Source of the DNA: Pristiophorus japonicus
Taxonomy: Eukaryota
NCBI RefSeq assembly: GCF_044704955.1
Contig: NC_091992.1
Coordinates: forward strand, 44,206,001-44,270,000
Reading direction: 5' to 3'
Length of the DNA: 64,000 bases
Under the pieces are notes generated by a model. It had not been told where the DNA came from. It was given only the letters and a program-made list of their open reading frames with translations, and did not search any database. Position 1 is the first letter of the stretch; each line of letters opens with the position of its first letter. Positions 1 to 12,246 of the stretch are shown in pieces. A program made the translations under genes and the position numbers.

Positions 1-1529
1 TCATACAAGCATGTCTAATGTAACTTGTTCATGTGTGAACGTATGAACCATGGGAGTCCTCTTCATGTTCAGCTCTTCTGTCTTCTATTATGAGCAGCTT
101 TCTGCTACTTACATAGAAGTAGTGAGATGTTTGAAGCTGGAAAAGCACAGACACTAGTGAGAATCAAATAGTTTCCGTGCATCATGCATCATACAAGTTA
201 CGAGTGTGACAAGCTTTCTTAGTGGGGTAACCTTATTAACATGGCAACATATAATTTTGTGACAATAATAAAGCATGCCTTGCTGTAATATGTGCATGCA
301 TGTGATGTTTAAGAAGAGCTACTTTCTGAGGGCTTAACATGCAGCCCCAATCAGGGTGTAATAGGGAGAGAAGAAACAGTTATTGGGTTGAATACGCTGC
401 CCATCTACTTGGTTTAGGGCAACACTGGCTAGTCATACTGTGGCAAATTTTCTGAGGGAATTAATTTTTTTATTTGTCTGCTTTCAACTCCTTTGGATGG
501 TGAACAGTGCATTCACTCTGTCAGCCATTTCCTGTAAAGCAGCCTGGACACTTCTGAACATGGGAGGGTGTTCTAGCATACCAGAGAGGGCAATTCTTAT
601 TTCCTGCAAGAAGGATATCTAAATAAGGATCAAAAAACTGAGCAGATGTGCTCTTGCTTCAGACATTTTTCTATTATACACAGTAGCAATTCATATGATT
701 AAATATCAGCTCAGTCTTGAAGAGCTGCAGCTGTGCTTTTTCACACCCCATTCTAACAGTGAGTTCCCAGCACCACGCTCAATCCAGGAGCTCCCAGTAC
801 TAGGTCCAATCCAGATCAGGAGCTTGGTATGCATAAGTAACGAATCCCTAATCTTAGAAAATCCTGCAAGGTTAGGCCATGGCCCCTCCAGTAAGTGATA
901 GACTTACTATTCCAAGATCCTGCTGTTTTAACATCAGGACTGGAACATTTCTCTTAAAGTGGCTAAAAGCTTAGACATCTTTCCAACACCTTATAACTGG
1001 ACCTTGCCCCACAGAGTTTTGTCTTACTGAGGCAACGTGTAAATAGCGTAATCAAAGCCTACTTCTCTATGATAGTTTTTGTTACCAGAAGAATTGCAGA
1101 AATTTGTCATTAATTAATTTTAATTTTCAGAACAAATTCTATGGGATGAATTTCCACAGGTTTCTCCAGTTTGTCTGCTCTAACTTCAGTGGCAGAGCCG
1201 TGGAAACCCTGGGAAACCGGTGTGAACAGTGATCATTATACATCTGCAAGCCTCGCAGATCAAAACCATGAAATGACGATTCTCTGGTAAACCAACAGGC
1301 TAGATAGCCGCCAGGAATGTATATATCCCAGACATAAATCTGTGTTATTTTAACTCATACCTCTGATTTTAAAAATTCCTTTCCAAGAGTAGCTGACTGT
1401 TTTTATTCAAGTTCATAATATATTGGCATATCTAAAATGTATTTGAAGATATAATGCAGAACACTGTTGAAACAAGCAAAGGTCTGCTCTGTCACACATA
1501 ATACTGGGTAACAAACCAGGGTCAGAGCA

Positions 1530-2225
1530 TGACCTGAATGAAGGAGATTATTTAGAGGTCAGTGATCAGAATATAATTAGGGTTACAGTCTGTATAAAAA
1601 AAGCAACGATAGAATAAAAAAAACAGTCTAGACTGCAAAAGAGAAAATTTCTGAGGGACAAATAAGAACTAGCCCAGATAGATTGGAAACATTGGCAGGT
1701 AAAACAGCAGTCCTACAAAGGGAATGTTTTATGTATTATATTACAAGACTAAAAACATTCCAAACAGGAGTAAAGGGATTGCTTCAAAGGTCAGAGTTCC
1801 AAGGTTGAATAAGGAAATTAGATCAAAAATAAAGTCTAAATAAGGTCATAAATAAAGGCATTGCAATAAAGAAAAGATTGACAGGTTGATGTGTGGGTTC
1901 CACTTAGGTGGAAGAGCAGTAATGGAGGCAATCAATATAAGATAGTTACCAAGAAAACAAATATAGAATTCAGAAGAAACTTCTTTACCCAAAGAATAGT
2001 GAGAATGTGGAACTCACTACCATGGAGTTGTTGAGGCGAATAGTATAGAAGCATTTAAAGGGAGGCTAAATAAGCCTATGAGGGAGAAGGGAATAGAAGG
2101 TTATGCTCTTAGAATTCAATGAGGGAGGATGGGAGAAGGCTCGAGTGGAGTATAAACACCGGCATGGACTGGTTGGGCCGAATGGACAGTTTCCATTGCT
2201 GTACATTCCATGTAATTCTATGCAA
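1530..2225 (+). mobile_element. Decayed CR1 LINE fragments (ORF2 remnant and a 3' end)
   Basis: AGAAACTTCTTTACCCAAAGAATAGTGAGAATGTGGAAC (RNFFTQRxVxxWN) and CR1 3' motif GGGCCGAATGG..TTCC..GCTGTA..TTCTATG. Confidence 0.75.
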
Positions 2226-2790
2226 AAGTAGTTCAATTTGATAAATGTGAAGTAAGAGATTTGGGGGGAAAAATCATGGAAATATAACTGGAACAATAAC
2301 ATTCTAATGAAATGGAGCAGCAGAAAGATACACAACTCTTTAAAGAAGGATTGTAGGTGGGAAAGACCATGAAAAGGAAATGGCTTTCTGGATTTTATAT
2401 GCAGAAATATTAGACATAAAAGCAAAGAGATGATGATGAATCAGTATAAAACATTAGCAAGGACAAAATTGGAGTAATGCAGCACCTTTATGCCACCATT
2501 ATAGCAAGGATTATCAATGCCATGGAAAATGTGAAATGTGAATTCACCAGGACGGTATCAGGCATGAAGGATATAGTTATGAGAGACTTTAAAAATCAGG
2601 ACTGTACTTACCAGAGTAGAATAGGTCAAGAGAAATAATGGAAGTGTTAAAAATTTATTGAAGGGGGTTAAGCAAGTAAATAGTGAAAAATTATCTTTAC
2701 TACTTGGTAAGAAGGGGCATACATTCAGAAATAATACAAGTATAAATTGGTAGGTTAGAAGGATTTTTTTAATGCAAGAGATTATTAAGG

Positions 2791-5700
2791 AAAAGAAACA
2801 TAGAAAATAGGTGCAGTAGACCATTCGGCCCTTTGAGACTGCACCACCACTCAATAAGATCATGGCTGATCATTCCCTCAGTACCCCTTTCCTGCTTTCT
2901 CTCCATACCCCTTGATCCCCTGAGCCGTAAGGGACATATCTAACTCCCTCTTGCATATATCCAATGAACTGGCATCAACAACACTCTGCGGAAGGCAATT
3001 CCACAGGTTAACAACTCTCTAAGTGAAGAAGTTTCTCCTCATCTCAGTGCTAAATGGCCTACCCCTTATCCTAAGACTGTGCCCTGGTTCTGGACTTTCC
3101 CAACATCAGGAACATTCTACCCATATCTAACCTATCCAGTCCCATCAGAATCTATGTTTCTATGAGATCCCCACTTATCCTTCTAAACTCCAATGTATAA
3201 AGGCCCAGTTGATCCAGTCTCTCCTCATATGTCAGTCCAGCCATCCCAGGAATCAATCTGGTGAACCTTTGCTGCACTCCCTCAATAGCAAGAACGTTCT
3301 TCCTCAGACTAGGAGACCAAAACTGAACACAATATTCCAGGTGAGGCCTCATCAAGGCCCGTACAACTGCAATAAGACCTCCCTGCTCAAATCCCTACTC
3401 AAATCCCCTAGCTATGAAGGCCAACATACCATTTGCCTTCTTCACCGCCTGCTGTACCTGTATGCTAACTTTCAATGACTGATGAACCATGACACCCAGC
3501 TCTCGTTGCACATCCCCTTTTCCTAATCTGCCACCATTCAGATAATATTCTGTCTTCGTGTTTTTGCTCCCAAAGTGGATAATCTCACATTTATCCACAT
3601 TATACTGCATTTGTCATGCATTTGCCCACTCACCTAACGTGTCTAAGTCATCCTGCAGCCTCTTTGCATCCCCCTCACAGCTCACACCTCCACCCAGTTT
3701 AGTGTCATCTGCAAACTTGGAGGTATTGCACTCAATTCCTTCATCTAAATCATTGATGTATATTGTAAAGAGCTGGAGTCCCAGCACTGAGCCCTGCGGC
3801 ACTCCACTAGTCACTGCCTGCCATTCTGAAAAGGACCCGTTTATCCCAACTCTCTGCTTTCTGTCTGCCAACCAGTTCTCTATCCACGTCAGTATATTAC
3901 CCCCAATACCATATGTTTTGATCTTGCACACCAATCTCTTGTGTGGGACCTTGTCAAAAGCCTTTTGAAAGTCCAATTACACCACATCCACTGGTTCTCC
4001 CTTGTCCACTCTACTAGTTACATCCTCAAAAAATTCCAGAAGATTTGTCAAGCATGATTTCCCCTTCATAAATCCATGCTGACTTGGACCGATCCTGTCA
4101 CTGCTTTCAAAATGCGCTGCTATTTCATCCTTACTAATTGATTCCAACATTTCCCCCACTACTGATGTCAGGCTAACCGGTCAATAATTACCCGCTTTCT
4201 CTCTCCTTCCCTTTTTAAAAAGTGGTGTTACATTAGCTACCCTCCAGTCCATAGGATCTGATCCAGAGTTGATAGACTGTTGGAAAATGATCACCAATGC
4301 ATCAACTATTTCTAGGGCCACTTCCTTGAGTACTCTGGGATGCAGACTATCAGGCCCCGAGCATTTATTGGCCTTCAATCCCATCAATTTCCCTAACACA
4401 ATTTCCCACCTAATAAGGATATCCTTCAGTTCCTCCTTCTCACTAGACCCTCGGTCCCCTAGTACTTCCGGAAGGTTATTTGTGTCTTCCTTCGTGAAGA
4501 CAGAACTAAAGTATTTGTTCAATTGGTCTGCCATTTCTTTGTTCCCCATTATTAATTCACCTGAATCCGACTGCAAGGGACCTACGTTTGTCTTCACTAA
4601 TCTTTTTCTCTTCACATATCGATAGAAGATTTTGCAGTCAGTTTTTATGTTCACGGCAAGCTTCTTCTCGTACTCTATTTTCCCCCTCTTAATTAAACCC
4701 TTAGTCCTCCTCTGCTGAATTCTAAATTTCTCCCAGTTCTCAGGTTTGCTGCTTTTTCTGGCCAATTTATATGCCTCTTCCTTGGATTTAATACTATCCT
4801 TAAATTCCCTTGTTAGCCACGGTTGAGCCACCTTCCCCGTTTTATTTTTACTCCAGACAGGGATGTACAATTGCTGAAGTTTATCCATGTGATCTTTAAA
4901 TGTTTGCCATTGCCTATCCATCGTCAACCATTTAAGTATCATTTGCCAGTTTATTCTAGCCAATTCACGCCTCAAATCATCAAAGTTACCTTTCCTTAAG
5001 TTCAGGACCCTAGTTTCCGAATTAACTGTTGCACTCTCCATCTTAATAAAGAATTCTACCATGTTATGGTCACTCTTCCCCAAGGGGTCTCGCACAACAA
5101 GTTTGTTAATTAAGTCCTTTCTCATTACACATCACCCATTCTAGGATGGCCAGCCCTCTAGTTGATTCCTTGACATAGTGGTCTAGAAAACATCCCTAAT
5201 ACACTCCAGGAAATCCTCCTCCACTGTATTGCTACCAGTTTGGTTAGCCCAATCTATATGTAGATTAAATTGGTCCATGATAACTGCTGTACCTTTATTG
5301 CACGTATCCCTAATTTCTTATTTGATGCTGTCCCCAACCTCACTACTACTGTTTGATGGTCTGTACACAACTCCCACTGACGTTTTCTGCCCTTTGGTAT
5401 TCCGCAGCTCCACTCATACAGATTCCACATCATCCAAGCTAATGTCCTTGCTTAATGTTGCGTTAATTTCCTCTTTAACCAGCAACGCTACCCCACCTCC
5501 TTTTCCTTTCTGTCTATCCTTCCTGAATATTGAATACCCCTGGATGTTGAGTTCCCAGCCTTGGTCACCCTGGAGCCAAGTCTCCGAGATGTCAATTATA
5601 TCATATTCATTAATTGCTGCCTGTGCAGTTAATTTGTCCACCTTATTACAAATACTCCTTGCATTGAGGCACAGCGCCTTCAGGCTTGTCTTTTTAACAC

Positions 5701-6830
5701 ACTTTGCCCCTTTAGAATTTTGCTGTAATGTGGCCCTTTTTGATTTTTGCCTTGCGTTTCTCTGCCTCCACTTTTACTTTTCTTCTCACTATCTTTTGCT
5801 TCTGCCCCCATTCTACTTCCCTCTGTCTCCCTGCATAGGTTCCCATCCCCCTGCCATATTAGTTTAACTCCTCCCCAACAGCACTAGCAAACACTCCCCC
5901 GAGGACATTGGTTCCGGTCCTGCCCAGGTGCAGACTGTCCAGTTTGTACTGGTCCCACTTCTCCCAGAACCGGTTCCAATGTCCCACGAATTTGAATCCC
6001 TCCCTTCTGCACCACTCCACGTATTCATCTGAGCTATCCTGCGATTCCTACTCTGACTAGCACATGGCACTGGTAGCAATCCTGAGATTACTACTTTTGA
6101 GGTCCTACTTTTTAATTTAGCTCCTAGCTCTCTAAATTCATCTCGTAGGACCTCATCCCGTTTTTGTTTACCTATATCGTTGGTACCTATATGCACCACG
6201 ACAACTGGCTGTTCACGCTCCCTTTTCAGAATACCCTGCACCCGCTCCGAGACATCCTTGACCCTTGCACCAGGGAGGCAACATACCATCCTGGAGTCTC
6301 GGTTGCGGCTGCAGAAACGTCTATCTATTCCCCTTAAAATTGAATCCCTTATCACTATAGCTCTCTCACTCTTTTTCCTGCCCTCCTGTGCAGCAGAGCC
6401 ACCCAAGGTGCCATGAACTTGACTGCTGCTGCCCTCTGCTGATGAGTCATTCCCCCCAACAGTACCCAAAGCGGTGTATCTGTTTTGCAGGGGGATGACC
6501 GCAGGGGACCCCGGCATTACCTTCCTTGCACTACTCTTCCTGTTGGTCACCCATTCCCTATCTGGCTGTGTACCCTTTACCTGCTGTAAGACCAACTCAC
6601 TAAATGTGCTATTCATGTCATTCTCAGCATCATGGCTGCTCCAGAATAAATCCACCCGCAGCTCCAGTGCCACAATGCGGTCTGTCAGGAGCTGCAGGCG
6701 GATGCACTTCCCGCACACGTAGTTGTCAGGGACACCGGAAGCGTCCCTGACTTTCCACATAGTACAGGAGGAGCATAACACGTTTCCGAACTCTCCTGCC
6801 ATGACTTAACCCTTAGATAAACTTAATTTG
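2791..6830 (-). mobile_element. Near full-length CR1-clade LINE (ORF1 + ORF2, 5'UTR mostly missing), inactivated
   Basis: ORF1 5864-6802; ORF2 pieces with APE endonuclease (ISETW, RKDR..KGGGVA, SDHN) and RT ([31 protein letters not shown]); 3' tail CCTATTTTCTATGTTTC; several stops and frameshifts. Confidence 0.95.
5864..6802 (-). pseudogene. CR1 ORF1p: CxxC..CxxC zinc finger/leucine zipper plus SGNH/GDSL-like esterase domain
   Basis: CSSC..CGKC, heptad leucines, AIVI(R)DSI (GDS motif with G>R), VHIGTNDIG, VVISGLLP; C-terminus frameshifted near 6010. Confidence 0.9.
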
Positions 6831-7469
6831 GCATGAATGATTTTACTAGTGGCTATTGAAGCTGAGCCAGGAGGAAATTAAATATTTGAAAAAAAATATT
6901 AAAAGGTATGGAGAAAGAGCAGGAAAATGCGATTAAAGGTGGTCGTTACAGTGGGAAGTTAGCACCAGCAAAGGCACAATAGGCTGAATGGCCTCCTCCT
7001 ATACTGAAATTTCTGATTCTAAGACACTACAGATTCAATAAAGACAAATGAGCTGTAACACTGCAGATAATTCACGTGTTCATCTTTGCTCATCAAGGTG
7101 AGTGAGAATAGTGCTCGAGAATGAAACCCTTCCATTTTCGGCACCAAGTCTTGGCAAGACATGCTCCTAGGTCAAGCGTACATTAACATTCCCGCTACCA
7201 ACAATATGTATTAGCCTCAATTTGATAATGGCTCTCCCAATGCACCAATATGAGTTTTACCATTTCCACATCAGATATCTTTATTGTTCCTCTGAGTGAG
7301 GGTTATCAACGCATATCAATGCACACATCCAGCAATTTGTGTGCAAAAGTTTTTTGAGCTGAAGGGTGAGGAAAAAAATCTAACAAATGGCCATTGCGTG
7401 AGATGTCCTGCTCCAGCAAATTCTGGCACAGCAGTCACTGAGACATTTAATATGTGCATATTGGGATTC

Positions 7470-7569
7470 CTCCTGCATTACAACAATGACTACACTTCAA
7501 AAAGTACTTCACTAGCTGTAAAGCATTTTGAGACGTTCTGAGGTCGTGAATGTCTCTATATAAATATAA
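7470..7569 (+). mobile_element. 3' tail of a Deu-domain SINE (SacSINE1/AmnSINE1-like)
   Basis: ACTACACTTCAAAAAGTACTTCA..GCTGTAAAGCATTTTGAGACG..GGTCGTGAA..CTATATAAAT; second copy at 34660-34775. Family name from memory. Confidence 0.65.
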
Positions 7570-8750
7570 GGGAAAAAAACTGAATAGCTCAGCACCACCC
7601 GTGAGAGGTGCTACAAGGGCGCTAAAGGGTTAGCGCCCACGCGCAGCGATATTAGCGCTGCCCGCCAACTTAATTGGGGTTTTGGCAGCAGCGCTAATAC
7701 TCAGTGCCAAGGAATGTTACGCCCCGGTAGCGCCACAGAAACCAACTTGAATGTTTACACCCACCTTGGCGTCCAGCGCTAATCTTGCCAGAGCTAGCTG
7801 GTGTGCAGAGCTATCCTGGGGCGCGAATGAAAGGGATTAGTGTATCTGGTAAGTTTTAGAGATTTTACCTCAGTTTATTTGCAATGATATTACTTTATTT
7901 GGTGTTCCTGATGTCTAAATTAGTTGATTTGTAATTTTTAAAAAAGTTTTTAGGGCTAGAAATTCAGTATCGCACGCTTTGAGGCAGTGACGCCGCCGGG
8001 GCGCTACCCTTAGCGCTGGGCAATGTCTACCATCTCGAAGTGGGATATTTAGTTGTATCGCACCAAGAGGACAGTGGAATGCTAAGAGAAGCATTCCACA
8101 CACCTCTTCAGGCACTAACAGAGTGATAGCGCAGGAGGCTACTCAATGTTTGGCACTAGGATGCCGGCATCCTAGCATCTAAAGATGAAAAAAAAATCCT
8201 GTTCAAAAATTCAATAAACCACACTTCCCCACGACTACAACAAATAAATAAATGTTGAAACGATGAAATTTCAGCACTTGCCTTGCACTCTGGATGATAT
8301 CGCCCTGGGATCTTCGTTGGACCGACTGCTTTCCCCTGCTGGTCTCAGCGTCAGGTGCTACGGCAGGCGAAAGACTGAATTTGCAAACGCTGCACTACTG
8401 GGACATTGCATTCTTGGTAACGTCACCGATTAGATGGCGCTAGCGAGCACAGTGCAATGTTCACTGAACTTTGCATCAGGCACTGACAGCATGGCATTCG
8501 GGCGTTCGCCATTAGCACTGGGGTACCAAATTTCTAGTTATGTTTTGCAGCGATCCTTCAGTTTGAGCACTATGATGCCTTTTTTTTTAGCGCCAGAACT
8601 TCAGTAGCGCTACTAGCTTAGCGCCTTGAGAAATGTGGAACGCTTCCCTTAGCGCTCTACTCCACTCTTAGGGCACTAAAATTCAATATCCAAAATTAGC
8701 GACCAGGCGATATTCACGTCTCAAAACTGCATGCATTCCATTTTTCCCCC
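7570..8750. mobile_element. Non-autonomous TIR element (Harbinger-like) with a second element nested at about 7953-8538
   Basis: Outer ends GGGAAAAAAACTGAAT / ATTCCATTTTTCCCCC; inner ends GGGCTAGAAATT / AATTTCTAG; many TAGCGC/AGCGCT subterminal motifs; no ORF. Confidence 0.6.
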
Positions 8751-9199
8751 TGTCTTTCTTTCCTCTCACTGGGGTATTTATGTACAAAAAGTCAGAAAAC
8801 ACATTCCAGGACATCTGCAATACTAGTAACATAAAAAGCTGTTACACACAGTCTGAACCCACATGGCCCCAGTCTGATTAAGAAAAGAAAACAAATTATT
8901 TTTTATTTAAAATAAATAATAAAATGCCTCACTTGGCTGTGAGCTGGGCGTATGTTACTGAACCAGCCAACAAAGTGAGTAAAATCCTGCCAAATTGAAA
9001 AGGACATATTTGACATTAGCAACAGAACTAGTCAAAAGTCTGCAAACTGTGTGGTTCTGGGGCCGTTTGACTAACGTCATGCAGGAAATGTCGGCTTGTA
9101 CTGCTGCCATGCATACTTCACCTGAAAAATATTCATTTGTTTCTTTCTATGTATTTGTATTAATTTAGTTATATTAACTTTGTTTTTGGTTCAGTGTTG

Positions 9200-9420
9200 T
9201 ACTTGTAATCTGTTGGTGTGTATCAATCCAATTATTTGTATATATATTTATATATCTATCTCTATGTGCACATTATCGGGATGTGGGCCTGTCTAATTGA
9301 ACGTATATATTTCATGGTGTGTATCTATCACTATCTTGTTCAAATATGTATGTATCTATATGTCTGTTTTTATGTGATTTATTTATGTCTATATATCCCT
9401 ATATATATGTCCACTGATTG
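9200..9420. repeat. Degenerate TA/TG-rich low-complexity tract
   Basis: Repeated TATATC/TATGT/TGTATC units; produces the spurious ORF 9218-9421. Confidence 0.6.
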
Positions 9421-9989
9421 AAACCCATGGATTGTAACCTAACCGTTTTTTTCTGATACTAGTGGACCTGTGTATTTCCAGTATTTTTGATTTTTTGTAG
9501 ATTGCCAGGATTTGTAGTTTTTCTTTATACTATATGTCTGTGTGTGTATCCCAGCGTATATCAATCTATATAAAAATGTCACTATAGAACTGCCTATCTG
9601 TATTGTACTGAATACATATTTATTGTTATAGCTAATTATCGGTGTAAGCAGCCTCTATATAATTATTTGTTCAAGTAAATTGATATTAAAAGTTCCTTTC
9701 CAAACTCACGTTTTGTTAGTGGTGACAGATCTCTTCAAAAAAGGGCACCTACCGGAGCCTGTTTACCGGGCATTCAGTACAGACGTTGCAGAAAATTGAA
9801 TTAATGCTTAAGCTGCGAATTAGCTTATCTCTCTTCCCATGTTGTGACCCATACTGCATGCACTATTCAAATTGCCTTATCTGGCTGACTCGCTGTCCTT
9901 TTTTTCTAATAAAGTTTCAGAGCGCACGCAAACGACCTGGCAGAGAAAACAGACGCAATTGCCGAGATTCTGGCAAGAGTTCTGCAATG

Positions 9990-10173
9990 TTGGCAGGACT
10001 GACCAGAAAAAAAAGCAACAGGAGAGAAAAGTCAACTGGCTACTAGGATGGAGCCGGGTCCCTCACTAATTACGTATTGTCCACACCCGTCTCTTACAAG
10101 TGGCAATTAGGGTCAAGTGAATAAAAGCGGCTGGACTTGGAGTGAGTTAGTATTTTGTGGAGTGCTCGACAAG
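9990..10173 (+). promoter_or_regulatory. Proximal promoter/5'UTR with atypical TATA-like ATAAAA box (10121-10126)
   Basis: Seen: GAGCCGGG..TAATT..TTGTCC (10051-10082), GGCAATTAGG (10102-10111), ATAAAA, then ATG at 10174. Order resembles the human ELN proximal promoter as recalled. Confidence 0.6.
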
Positions 10174-10237
10174 ATGGCTATATCGCTCTTACAGGGATAC
10201 CTGCTCCTGACCCTTATCAAAGCGTCTATGGAAGGAG
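10174..10237 (+). CDS. ELN: First coding exon (signal peptide MAISLLQGYLLLTLIKASMEG) of a secreted protein, candidate tropoelastin
   Basis: Seen: AAGATGG Kozak context, 21 codons + 1 nt, hydrophobic core, strong donor AG|GTGAGT at 10238, ATAAAA 53 nt upstream, unique CpG-richer flank. From memory: tropoelastin exon 1 encodes the signal peptide, ends in phase 1 and gives a mature N-terminus ...S-x-x-G|G-V (chicken ASQQG|GVPG); here ASMEG|GVQG. The exon is well supported, the gene name less so. Confidence 0.65.
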
Positions 10238-12213
10238 GTGAGTGTTCAAAACAATCGCACTATCTCTTACTGACTCTAACTACATAAATTTCTCGGTCGC
10301 CTACTGCCCTATATTTACGCTGAAATATTAAGGAAGAATATTCCTACTTGGGCGGTCTTTGCTTTAGCTTTCGATGAGTTTTGAAGATAGACTTGTTCTG
10401 TTTTATTAAAAAAATGACTTCCTTATTATTCGCTGCTCTGGGGATCAGCTGAAATTCTCTGATCAAACCCACCTTTCCACTGCAGATCATCGACGTCATT
10501 CAAAACTGGTTGGGAAATAGAAATCAGATGAGGGTGTTACAAACTTTTCGTGTGGTTGTAACTCGCAGGCGTTGAATTAGCAACAAGTGTATGTGACCTG
10601 TTTCTTTGTACTTCTCCGTGTAATTCTTTGTGTCTGCTTTCTCCCCATCCTCTCTCTCGTGTCAGTGTGTTTGTTTATGTTTTGTGTTTGGGTGGGTATG
10701 CCTTCCCCACCCCTCTGGCTGTATGGATGTTTGCGCGCGCCTTCCTGTCAGCTGTTGGGCATCACAGAACTGTTCGGAATGAGATTTATGATCGAAGAGT
10801 AAGTCAAACTGAATCTATTTAAACGCCGAGCTGATTTTTATAATTCAGTAAGCTGCAGTAAAATAACTTTTTTTAAACCTCGCTCCAAATGATAGATTTG
10901 AAAGCTGTTCTGTTTCTGCCTCCATTTATGTTTCTGTAAATAATACTATGGCCAATAATTGAATGGTGGTATCGGGCTGACCATTTTTATAGCGGGTTTT
11001 CTATCATCTGTATGATTGCGGAGACAAGTGAGCCGTCATTTTCATTCCATAATTAATAAACTGGAAAAAAAAACCTCACCAAAAATCTCCGAGCTGTGAA
11101 ATGGAAGGTATGGTGAAGCTCTGACTACTCTTCACCCGCGTAATGCTGTGCACAACCCAAAGCTTTCTGGTGCTGGGTTTCTGTTTTGAGTTCTCCTATA
11201 TTGTAAAATCCTGCCCGGTAAGAGCTTTCAATTCAGTTCGTTCCTGCACAGGAGCTGGAATGGGCACCGCAATCATTTTATCAATCTGCTACAACTTTCC
11301 AAACTTGGAAGAATTTGTATTGATTATAATAAAACATCCATTCCCAACATCAAGGCTTTTGTTAACCAGTTTATTATGAACTCCTCTTGGTAACCCTATG
11401 TACATCTCTAGAAAGGATTTCATTTATTCTGAACAGTCACGTAACGAAATGTTTGCAGCCCAGAAATTACTATTGGTGATACCAGACGACAAACACTTGT
11501 TCATTTTTCTATACCCTCTTTTAGTAAGGACTTTTAAAATACATATGTTTAAACAGTGGACGGAGGAATTTCGTGTACACTTAAGTATTCCTCCGCTAAC
11601 ATCACCAGCAGTAAGTTCCAGGCTTGTCGTATTGGGTTTTAAATAAAGTATTGCTCTGAGCACAAGTAGTTGGCTCAATCAAACAGAAATCCCGGTTCTG
11701 GGGGCAAAAAAGATTTGAGTGCAGAGCCTTGGTCAGAATTTTTTTTTTCTCCTCTCCTCCTTTTGTACTGACCTGTGTATATCCAATACTTTGTAGTTTT
11801 ATTTCAAATATACAGCTTTGGCTTTTTTTTTTAAATGTCCCATGTAGTCTTAGTATTTAATCACATTAAAACGGTAGCCTGACCTTTATCAGTGCTCACA
11901 TTTTGATCAAGTAGAAATATACACCAGACTTTGGTTCTAAAGAGAACCCCATTCAAAAGTTCCAAAACTGAAATAAAAACATGTACATCTAAGATTTTTT
12001 TTTGTAAAGACATGCTATGAAGTTGGCATGTAGACCATTCACCGGAACCCAAGTCTAAAAGATAAGCAGTAATTTATTTCCAACCTTTTCCCAAATGCCT
12101 GCCGTTTTAGTCTTCAGCGTTTTCTGGTTTTATTTGTGGATTGGATCGGAGCAGGAACAAAATTTCTTCTAGTTCAAAATTTAAAATAAATCCCGTCAGT
12201 CAGCAGCTGAGAA

Positions 12214-12246
12214 GTTCATATTTCAAGTGGGATCCTTCATCAGAAC
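12214..12246 (-). ncRNA. Minimal hammerhead-ribozyme-like motif in a Penelope-type repeat remnant (probably degenerate)
   Basis: Minus strand GTT-CTGATGA-AGG ATCCCA CTT-GAAA-TATGAAC: both catalytic boxes and a 3-bp stem II; cleavage triplet and stem I not convincing. Confidence 0.35.

Larger units (their letters stand above)
2230..7022 (+). mobile_element. Old CR1 3' fragment (2230-2790 and 6831-7022) split by a younger CR1
   Basis: ORF2 C-terminal remnant reads ...AGAGATTATTAAGG (2790) and resumes GCATGAATGATT (6831), ending in AGGCTGAATGGCCTCCTCCT..TTCTGATTCTA. Confidence 0.7.

Noticed and set aside
1-1500. Exons of an upstream gene
   Set aside because: No convincing paired splice sites or recognisable peptide; small exons cannot be excluded without RNA data.
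3209-6722. Plus-strand ORFs of 78-212 aa
   Set aside because: Antisense shadow frames of CR1 ORF1/ORF2; the same applies to 51958-54689.
9786-10069. ORFs upstream of exon 1 as separate genes
   Set aside because: Non-ATG starts, no recognisable domain; they overlap the promoter.
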